NCBI GenBank assembly: GCA_963667015.2
Contig: CAXXJJ010000001.1
Location: 960,001 to 1,024,000 of the forward strand
Length of the DNA stretch: 64,000 bases
Reading direction: 5' to 3'
Origin: Desulfatiglandales bacterium
Lineage (GTDB): Bacteria; Desulfobacterota; DSM-4660; Desulfatiglandales; HGW-15
The notes below the pieces were generated by a model, which worked only from the letters and a program-made list of their open reading frames with translations, did not search any database and was not told where the DNA came from. The translations under genes and the position numbers were made by a program. Shown here one piece after another: positions 9,632 through 17,126 of the stretch; the first letter of the stretch is position 1; each line of letters opens with the position of its first letter.

Positions 9632-10119
9632 AATCAACCTATTTCTCAAAGGATGTTCAAGAATTTTTATTCCTTCTTGATAAATACCATGTTCGGTATG
9701 TTATCGTTGGAGGTGAAGCTGTAATATACTATGGATATGTAAGGTTGACTGGAGATATAGATATATTTTTTGATTCTGGACAGGATAACACGACAAAACT
9801 ATATGATACATTAATAGAATTTTGGGAAGGTGAAATACCTGGAATAAAAAATGTAGATGAACTTGCAGAACCTGGAGTTATTATCCAATTTGGTGTGCCA
9901 CCAAATCGAATTGACCTGATAAACAAAATAGAAGGAGTTATATTTCATGAAGCGTGGGAAGAAAAGGTCATAGAGACAATCACTATCAATAATCAGGTTA
10001 TTTCAATTTATTATATCGGGATTAATCAACTAGTAAAAAACAAATCATCTCTTGATAGACCGAAGGACCTGGATGATTTAAAATATCTCAGAAAAAGAAT
10101 AGATATGGATAATTTCTGA
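9628..10119 (+). CDS. Polymerase-beta-superfamily nucleotidyltransferase (AbiEii/DUF6036-like)
   Basis: 'VIVGGEAV...RLTGDIDIF' (GG...DxD), 'PPNRIDL', 'RPKDLDDL'. Confidence 0.8.
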   Translation: MKSTYFSKDVQEFLFLLDKYHVRYVIVGGEAVIYYGYVRLTGDIDIFFDSGQDNTTKLYDTLIEFWEGEIPGIKNVDELAEPGVIIQFGVPPNRIDLINKIEGVIFHEAWEEKVIETITINNQVISIYYIGINQLVKNKSSLDRPKDLDDLKYLRKRIDMDNF

Positions 10120-10198
10120 CATCTGATCTCTGATATCAGACCTCTGCACTTTATGAACCCATAACCTAAGTAACCCAAAAACACAATAAACTACAGCA

Positions 10199-10839
10199 AT
10201 GAAAATAAAACATACTATTATAATTGTCGCCATAATGCTCTTCACCATGGTCTTTTTACGCTACATCAACCACAGTGAAGACATGAAACCGAATAAACCT
10301 TTTTCAACATTTCCAAAAGAGATAGGAGAATGGAAAGGCACAGAAGGCAGGTTTGATCAGCAGGTATATGATGTTCTGGGAGTAGATGATTCCTTTCTTG
10401 CGGGTTACCGAACTCTTGATGGTCGATATGTTCAGCTTTATATAGGCTTTCACCAGAGCCAAAAAGAAGGGGATCTTATGCATTCCCCTAAAAACTGTAT
10501 GCCTGGCGGTGGTTGGAATATTACTGATATAGAAATAGAAGAGTTAATAATTCCAAATAATTCACCGTCTAAAATTAACACAATAAAACTCGACCTTTCA
10601 AACGGGAGGGATAAACAGGTTGTGCTGTACTGGTACCAGTCAAGAGGCAGATTTATTTCATCAGAGTACTGCAGAAAATATATCTTGTAATAGATTCAAT
10701 CACAAAGAAAAGAACAGACGGATCTTTTGTAAGGCTCATTGCTCCAGTGGAAAACGGCAATGAAGAAAAAGCACTGACCGATCTGAAGGATTTTGCACGT
10801 CTTCTTGTTCCAGTATTGCAGGAGTATTTGCCGAATTAG
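10199..10839 (+). pseudogene. epsI: EpsI family exosortase-associated protein with a 1-nt frameshift near 10670
   Basis: HSPKNCMPGGGW and VLYWYQSRGR; homology continues in another frame (QKIYLVIDSITKKRTDGSFVRL...QEYLPN*) to TAG at 10839. Confidence 0.85.
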
Positions 10840-10855
10840 CGCGGAGCGCTAATAA

Positions 10856-10927
10856 CAGAGGTCAGAAGTCTGAGATCAGATATCAGGAAAAACTAGAGGT
10901 CCGTAATCTGAAGTCAGAAATCAGAAA
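10856..10927 (+). repeat. Heptamer array, left arm (tcagaRR-type)
   Basis: cagaggtcagaagtctgagatcagatatcag ... agtcagaaatcagaa. Confidence 0.8.
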
Positions 10928-10961
10928 GTATATAATACTCAGATAAACGTAAATATTTTAA

Positions 10962-11339
10962 ATGATAATTAATTCCGCCAAAGAACTTAAAGTATATAAA
11001 GCCGCATACGAACAAGCGATGGAGATTTTTCAACTTAGTAAGGAATGGCCTGCTGAAGAGAAATATTCATTAACTGATCAGATAAGAAGATCTTCCCGTT
11101 CAGTATGCAGTAATTTGAGAGAGGCATGGTCAAAGAGAAGATACGAGGCACATTTTATTAGTAAACTGACCGATTCTGATGGAGAAAATAGTGAAACGGA
11201 TACATGGTTGGATTTTGCTCATAATTGCGAGTATCTTAATGAAAAGGATCATAAACGTTTAACTAACAAGTGTTCAGAGGTTGGTAAGATGCTGGGAGCA
11301 ATGCTCAAAAATCCCCAAAAATTCCTTTTAAAATTTTAG
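10962..11339 (+). CDS. Four-helix-bundle protein (23S rRNA intervening-sequence protein family)
   Basis: 'ELKVYKAAY...WPAEEKYSLTDQIRRSSRSVCSNLREAW...ETDTWLDFA'. Confidence 0.92.
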   Translation: MIINSAKELKVYKAAYEQAMEIFQLSKEWPAEEKYSLTDQIRRSSRSVCSNLREAWSKRRYEAHFISKLTDSDGENSETDTWLDFAHNCEYLNEKDHKRLTNKCSEVGKMLGAMLKNPQKFLLKF

Positions 11340-11355
11340 ATTTTGTCTTTAAAGG

Positions 11356-11405
11356 TCTCAGATCTCTGATGTCCGACTTCTGACATCTGATATCTGACCT
11401 CTGAT
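11356..11405 (+). repeat. Heptamer array, right arm (complement of 10856-10927)
   Basis: tctcagatctctgatgtccgacttctgacatctgatatctgacctctgat. Confidence 0.8.
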
Positions 11406-11442
11406 TTCTACAAGGCATAACAGTAATAAACTAATTATTTCT

Positions 11443-12282
11443 ATGAAATTTAAAAATTATATCCAAATTGCGTTAACCGCGGGCGCCTTCCTCGCCCTCT
11501 ACAACCACACAATTATCAAGCTGGTAGGTGACTGGTCCAGTGATCCAAATTTTTCACACGGATTTCTGATTCCTGTTATTGCCGCTTATATGATCTGGCA
11601 TAAAAAGGATGAATTGGCGAGTTTAACAGTTGAAAAAAATAACTGGGGATTATTATTTATTGCTGTCGGAATGGTTTTTCATGTCCTCGGTAATATCGGA
11701 TCCGAACTGTTCATAATGCGAAGTTCAATAATATTTACCGTATTCGGAGTTGTGCTTTATATTACTGGCAGTAATGTATCTAAAAAGATTATTATTCCGA
11801 TCATCTATCTTTTTTTCATGATACCCATCCCGGCAATAATATGGAACAAGATAGCCTTTCCCCTGCAGCTTTTTGCAGCCGGTCTTTCAGCAAATGTTGT
11901 TGATCTGATAGGTATATCGGTATTAAGGGAAGGGAATGTGCTTCATCTTGCAAACACTTCTCTTGAAGTGGTGGATGCATGTTCCGGACTGCGTTCTCTC
12001 ACATCGCTCCTTGCGCTGGGTGGAGCATTTGCCTATATCTCAAATCTTAAAAATATTTCAAAGTGGATACTCTTTGTTTCCGCTGTTCCTATTGCGGTTA
12101 CTGTGAATATTTTTCGTCTTACAATTACCGCAATTATGGCTGAAAAGATTGGTCCGGAGACAGCACAGGGATTCCTTCATGATGCATCCGGGCTGATTAT
12201 TTTTGTACTGGCTTTTATTCTACTGTTTTTGGCGTATATCCTTTTATCGAAAGTTGAAAAGAAAATTGCCAAAGACTCATAA
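11443..12282 (+). CDS. Exosortase (EpsH/XrtA-like)
   Basis: Multi-TM; SHGFLIP, catalytic VVDACSGLRSL, NIFR, FLHD. Confidence 0.93.
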   Translation: MKFKNYIQIALTAGAFLALYNHTIIKLVGDWSSDPNFSHGFLIPVIAAYMIWHKKDELASLTVEKNNWGLLFIAVGMVFHVLGNIGSELFIMRSSIIFTVFGVVLYITGSNVSKKIIIPIIYLFFMIPIPAIIWNKIAFPLQLFAAGLSANVVDLIGISVLREGNVLHLANTSLEVVDACSGLRSLTSLLALGGAFAYISNLKNISKWILFVSAVPIAVTVNIFRLTITAIMAEKIGPETAQGFLHDASGLIIFVLAFILLFLAYILLSKVEKKIAKDS

Positions 12283-12301
12283 AAATAATTAATAAATTTT
12301 C

Positions 12302-12518
12302 GACAGGATCAACAGGATAGACAGGATATAAATTTTTGCTTTTCCGGACGAAAAGCAAAAAGTAGATGTCCTCTTTTATAAAAGTTTAACAGTTGCAGGA
12401 ATGTTATATATAAGTACTTATAATTTTCAATTTCCAACACAACAAAAGGATTGCTCTTTATCACTTTCGTCCGGAAAGTGATAAAAAACAAAATCCTGAA
12501 AATCATGTAAATCCTGTC
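12302..12518 (+). repeat. Family A hairpin element, copy 8
   Basis: Both arms plus tttgcttttccggacgaaaagcaaa and tatcactttcgtccggaaagtgata. Confidence 0.92.
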
Positions 12519-12623
12519 TAATATTAATCTTTCTTAACGTTCTTCTTGGCGCGCCGTAGTCCTGGACGAAGGCGGATACATCTCGAGTGAGCAATGCGAA
12601 CGGGCGGAGAAAAATAAAAAACA

Positions 12624-12654
12624 GTCTGTGTAAGTCTGTGTGGGTCTGTGGCTA
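12624..12654 (+). repeat. Family B right arm
   Basis: gtctgtgtaagtctgtgtgggtctgtggcta, just upstream of the RBS aaggag. Confidence 0.85.
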
Positions 12655-12672
12655 ATAAAAAAGGAGTTGGCT

Positions 12673-13674
12673 ATGAAAATTTGTAAAAAATGCATCCTCC
12701 CGGAAACCTTCCCCGGCATCAAATTCAATGACCAGGGTATCTGTAACCACTGCCTTCGTGCAGAGGCTTCAAATGTGGATACAGATGAAAAAAAATCAGA
12801 ATACCATGACCGTCTTGACAAATTGATAGAATCTGTAAAAGGAACATCAGGTTCTTATGACGCGATCATGGCCTATAGCGGAGGTAAAGATTCAAGCTAT
12901 ACCCTTAAGCTTTTAATGGAACGGTATGATTTAAAGATACTGGCATTTACCTTTGACAACCATTTTGTATCTCCCGGTGCATGGACGAATATAGATACTA
13001 TCGTTGATACACTCTCTGTTGATCTGATAAAGCTCAGGCCCCCGTGGGCTGTCGTAAAAAATATGTTCTGTGTAACTTCACAGGAAGATATCTTCTCAAA
13101 GGCAACACTTCTTCGCGCAAGCTCTGTTTGCACAGCATGTATTGGAATAGTAAAAAGCTTTGCTCTAAAAACCGCGGTGGAAATGAATATACCGCTTGTT
13201 GCGTTCGGCTGGTCTCCGGGGCAGGCCCCTATTCAGTCTGCAATAATGAAGACAAATCCGGCCCTTATAAAGCAGAACCAGGAATCTATAAAAAAATCTT
13301 TTCCAGCGGATATCTATAATTCAATTTCACAATATTTTCTGCCAACAGAATATTTTGACAATTATAAGGATCGATTCCCTTATAATATCCATCCATTGGC
13401 CTTTTTTGATTACAATGAATCGGCAATTATGGATGAACTGAAAAAAATGGGATGGAAAGCCCCGGATGATACGGACACAAACTCATCAAACTGTCTTATT
13501 AATGCCTTTGCAAACCACTGTCATTTGGAACGCCATAAGTTCCACCCATATGTATGGGAAATAGCAAATATGGTAAGGCAGGGTGTAATGGACAGAGAAG
13601 AGGGTATGGAAAAGATTTATTCTGATCAGAATCAGAATATGGTTGAATATGCGAAAAATAAACTTGGGCTTTAG
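12673..13674 (+). CDS. PP-loop N-acetyl-sugar amidotransferase-like protein
   Basis: MKICKKCILP...CNHC, YSGGKDS PP-loop; ATG at 12673 follows an RBS. Confidence 0.78.
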   Translation: MKICKKCILPETFPGIKFNDQGICNHCLRAEASNVDTDEKKSEYHDRLDKLIESVKGTSGSYDAIMAYSGGKDSSYTLKLLMERYDLKILAFTFDNHFVSPGAWTNIDTIVDTLSVDLIKLRPPWAVVKNMFCVTSQEDIFSKATLLRASSVCTACIGIVKSFALKTAVEMNIPLVAFGWSPGQAPIQSAIMKTNPALIKQNQESIKKSFPADIYNSISQYFLPTEYFDNYKDRFPYNIHPLAFFDYNESAIMDELKKMGWKAPDDTDTNSSNCLINAFANHCHLERHKFHPYVWEIANMVRQGVMDREEGMEKIYSDQNQNMVEYAKNKLGL

Positions 13675-13720
13675 CCACTGACTCGTACAAATTCATATAA
13701 TATAAAAAGAAAAAACAATA

Positions 13721-13964
13721 TTCGCCACAGACCCACACGGACACACATGGACGTTAAAAATTAATTTTATTTTATGTTTCAAAACCTTAATATATTAAGA
13801 AATCTTGACAATTTATTGTCAAGACTTGGCAGAAGGCCATGGTGTTAAAAATAAGCAAACTTGTTTTTACTTCAAATGTCTTTCTGCCGGAGCTTTGAAA
13901 CATAATCGGTTTTAATAGAGTTATGATTATCTGTTTGTGTAAGTCTGTGTGTGTCCGTGGCGAA
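13721..13964 (+). repeat. Family B hairpin element with internal three-stem motif (13772-13905)
   Basis: ttcgccacagacccacacggacacacatggac ... gtttgtgtaagtctgtgtgtgtccgtggcgaa. Confidence 0.9.
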
Positions 13965-13977
13965 AAATTATTAAGGG

Positions 13978-14223
13978 GTGATTGAAGTGAAAGAAAAAAT
14001 ACGAACATTTATAGTTGAGAATTTTTTATTTGGTCAGGATGAAGGTTTAAAAGATGATTCTTCATTTCTGGATGAAGGCATTATTGATTCAACAGGAATC
14101 TTGGAACTTGTGAATTTTCTTGAAGAAGAGTTTTCGGTAACGGTGGATGATGAGGAGCTTATTCCTGAAAATCTTGATTCGATAAGTAATGTTGTTGGCT
14201 ATCTTGAGAAAAAGCTCAATTAG
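13978..14223 (+). CDS. Acyl carrier protein (start may be the GTG at 13987)
   Basis: 'GIIDSTGILELVNFLEEEF...ENLDSI' with the phosphopantetheine Ser. Confidence 0.9.
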   Translation: MIEVKEKIRTFIVENFLFGQDEGLKDDSSFLDEGIIDSTGILELVNFLEEEFSVTVDDEELIPENLDSISNVVGYLEKKLN

Positions 14224-14481
14224 CCACTGACCCACACAGACACACATGGACAAAAAAGAATAAACTGTAGACAGGATCAACAGGATGAACATGATTTATA
14301 TATTATGCTCTTCTGGAAGAAGAGCATAATGGAATCGTCTTGTTAGGTAATTAAACTGAAAGTTAGTTATTTTAGACCGCACTAAAAATTCTCATATCTC
14401 CAGGAACAAGTGGATTCTCTTTTTCACTTTCGTCCGGAAAGTGAGAAAAAATAAAATCCTGAAAATCATGTAAATCCTGTC
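14221..14481 (+). repeat. Family B left arm (14221-14251) followed by family A copy 9 (14270-14481)
   Basis: tagccactgacccacacagacacacatggac; gacaggatcaacaggatgaacatgat ... atcctgaaaatcatgtaaatcctgtc. Confidence 0.88.
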
Positions 14482-14520
14482 AAATAGCTTTTCGTTTTAA
14501 AATCTTAAATTCTTTGAATC

Positions 14521-16149
14521 ATGGAACCAACACTAATCCATCATTTTCTCGAAAACAGCGCCGAAAAATATCCGGACAAAATTGCTCTTATCCACGAAGA
14601 TACCCGTGCGACCTATTCTCAGATCAACAACATGGCCAACAACCTCGCTTATTGGTTGATAGATTCAGGGATACAGAACGGAGATCGTGTAACCTTTATC
14701 CTGGAAAACAGCCTTGAATATGTTGTCACTTACTACGGTATATTTAAAGCAGGAGCAGTCGCAGTCCCTCTTAGTACAGACCTCAAGCCTGACAGTCTGA
14801 ACAAACTGTTAGTCGAACTTGAACCAATAGTATTAATCTCATCAACGAAGTTTGAACGACTACTTAAGTCAACAGACTTATCAATTCCTGGTCTTACTAG
14901 AATAGTTATCAGCAAACCCAGGCTTTCTTTGGATTCTAATAGTTTTAAGGTTTTTTCTTTTGAAGAATTGGTAAGTGATGCTTTTATCCTGAATCCAGAA
15001 CCTTCAGCCAGTGAAATTCACGATAGTGACAGCGAAGCGCATTTCACCGGGCCGATTTATTTCGCCATGCGCCCTGCGCCATGCACTATGCAGATGGACG
15101 ATTTGTCGTCCATCATCTACACCTCCGGCTCCACAGGAAAACCAAAAGGCGTAATGCTGTCACACAAAAACATTGCCTCAAATACTCAATCAATATGCGA
15201 GTATCTGGAACTTACATCTGAAGATATACAAATGGTGGTGCTCCCGTTCTTCTATGTGATGGGGAAGTCACTACTTAATACACATTTTGCTGTCGGTGGT
15301 TCTGTTGTAATAAATAATAAGTTTGCATATCCGGCCACTGTTATAAACCAGATGATAGAAGAAAATGTTACCGGGTTTTCAGGCGTACCTTCAACATATG
15401 CATATCTTCTTCACAGGTCGCCTCTTGAAAAACATCGTGATGACCTCGTTTCCCTGAGGTACTGCTCGCAGGCGGGCGGTCACATGTCAAGGCAGGTTAA
15501 GGTTGATCTCAGAAGGGCCTTACCCGATCATACAAAAATCTATGTTATGTATGGTGCAACAGAGGCCTCGGCACGACTTACCTGGCTTGATCCTGATTAT
15601 TTTGAAGACAAAATGGACTCCATAGGCAAGGCCATTCCAGGTGTCACTGTGAAAGTCATTGGAAAGAATGGAGATGAGCTTAATGTGGGTGAAGAAGGTC
15701 AGCTGGTTGGTTATGGTGAAAACATAATGCAGGGGTACTGGAAGGATAAAGCTTCAACAGATAAGGTGCTTATAAATCGCGGTTACCATACAGGCGACCT
15801 TGGCTATAAAGACAGGGATGGATTCTTCTTTGTAACAGGGAGAAAGGACAATCTCCTCAAAGTAAAGGGCCACAGAATTAATGTTCAGGAAGTTGAGGAT
15901 ATCTTAATGGATACAGGGCTCCTTGTTGAAACAGTGGTTTTGGGAATTAAAGATGATCTATTAGGGAATAGACTTGTATCAATGGCTGTACCAGTGAATG
16001 AAGAAATTGATGAGAATATATTATTAAAAAAATGTTCTGAAAAACTTCCTGACTTTAAGCTTCCCCAGGAAATCAGTTTTGTTCGATCACTACCAAAGAA
16101 GAGTAGTGGTAAGATCGATAGAGAAAAATGTCTTGAAATGCTTAAATAA
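14521..16149 (+). CDS. AMP-forming acyl-CoA/ACP ligase (exosortase-associated type)
   Basis: YTSGSTGKPKG, YGATEA, HTGDLG, GRKD, KKSSGKIDR. Confidence 0.92.
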   Translation: MEPTLIHHFLENSAEKYPDKIALIHEDTRATYSQINNMANNLAYWLIDSGIQNGDRVTFILENSLEYVVTYYGIFKAGAVAVPLSTDLKPDSLNKLLVELEPIVLISSTKFERLLKSTDLSIPGLTRIVISKPRLSLDSNSFKVFSFEELVSDAFILNPEPSASEIHDSDSEAHFTGPIYFAMRPAPCTMQMDDLSSIIYTSGSTGKPKGVMLSHKNIASNTQSICEYLELTSEDIQMVVLPFFYVMGKSLLNTHFAVGGSVVINNKFAYPATVINQMIEENVTGFSGVPSTYAYLLHRSPLEKHRDDLVSLRYCSQAGGHMSRQVKVDLRRALPDHTKIYVMYGATEASARLTWLDPDYFEDKMDSIGKAIPGVTVKVIGKNGDELNVGEEGQLVGYGENIMQGYWKDKASTDKVLINRGYHTGDLGYKDRDGFFFVTGRKDNLLKVKGHRINVQEVEDILMDTGLLVETVVLGIKDDLLGNRLVSMAVPVNEEIDENILLKKCSEKLPDFKLPQEISFVRSLPKKSSGKIDREKCLEMLK

Positions 16150-16190
16150 CCACTAACATATTTGCGTAACTAAAAATAAAAACCTTAATA

Positions 16191-16481
16191 GCCACAGACC
16201 CACACAGACACACTCGGACTTTAAAAACAAAAAAATATGTTGATTTATTCTGTTTCAAAATTAAAAACTTTTTTAAATATTGTGGATTTTATCTCAATAT
16301 TTACCATGAGATAATAAAACATAAAAAGAAGCCAGCTTGTTTTTACATTTATATTACTCATGCGATATTTTGAAACAGATAGCTAATTTAATAATGACTA
16401 GATAAAATTATCTAGATCAACAAAACTTTAATAATTGTGTTAAGTTATTTGTCTGTGTAAGTCTGTGTGTGTCTGTGGCTA
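16191..16481 (+). repeat. Family B hairpin element with internal three-stem motif (16249-16379)
   Basis: gccacagacccacacagacacactcggac ... gtctgtgtaagtctgtgtgtgtctgtggcta. Confidence 0.9.
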
Positions 16482-16488
16482 AATAAAA

Positions 16489-16851
16489 ATGGATTTAAAC
16501 GAACTGACATACAAAATAAACGGCGCTGTTTACGAGGTAAACCGAATCCTCGGTTCAGGTTTTCTGGAAAAGGTATATGAAAATGCATTACTCATTGAAT
16601 TAAATGAAATTGGCTTGAAAGCAGAAAAACAGGTTCCAATCAGAGTTGAATATAAAGGAAATACAGTTGGTGAGTATTTCGCAGATATAATTGTTGAAGG
16701 TCAGGTAATTTTAGAATTGAAGGCCATTGACTCCTTACTTAAAATCCATGAAGCACAAATGCTGAATTATCTAAAAGCAACGAATATTAAGTTAGGATTG
16801 CTTATCAATTTTACATACCCAAAAGCAGAAATAAAAAGATATGTTGTTTAG
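16489..16851 (+). CDS. GxxExxY family protein, second paralog
   Basis: GSGFLEKVYENAL, ADIIVEGQVILELKA, QMLNYL, GLLINF. Confidence 0.93.
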   Translation: MDLNELTYKINGAVYEVNRILGSGFLEKVYENALLIELNEIGLKAEKQVPIRVEYKGNTVGEYFADIIVEGQVILELKAIDSLLKIHEAQMLNYLKATNIKLGLLINFTYPKAEIKRYVV

Positions 16852-17105
16852 CCACGAACCCACACAAACCCACGCGGACTAATAATCAGTGAATTAAAAT
16901 GCATAAAAAGCATATGTTTAAAGCTATAAGATCTTTATTTCTTGGCAATGTGTTGACAAGACAGGGCAGAAAGTCATGTTAAAAAAAATAAAACCATTTG
17001 ATTTTTTAGACATGGATATTCTGACCAGACTTTAAACATAATTCAATTGAGTATTTGTTCTATTTTAAGGTTTTGTCTGTGTAAGTCAGTGTGTGTCCGT
17101 GGCAA
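16849..17105 (+). repeat. Family B hairpin element starting at the GxxExxY stop codon; internal motif at 16913-17040
   Basis: TAGccacgaacccacacaaacccacgcggac ... gtctgtgtaagtcagtgtgtgtccgtggcaa. Confidence 0.9.
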
Positions 17106-17126
17106 TTTTAAAAAAGAGGTTTTAAT

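Noticed and set aside
397..17105. CRISPR array interpretation of the recurring repeats
   Set aside because: Copies are inverted-arm elements separated by whole genes, not direct repeats with uniform spacers, and no cas genes are present.
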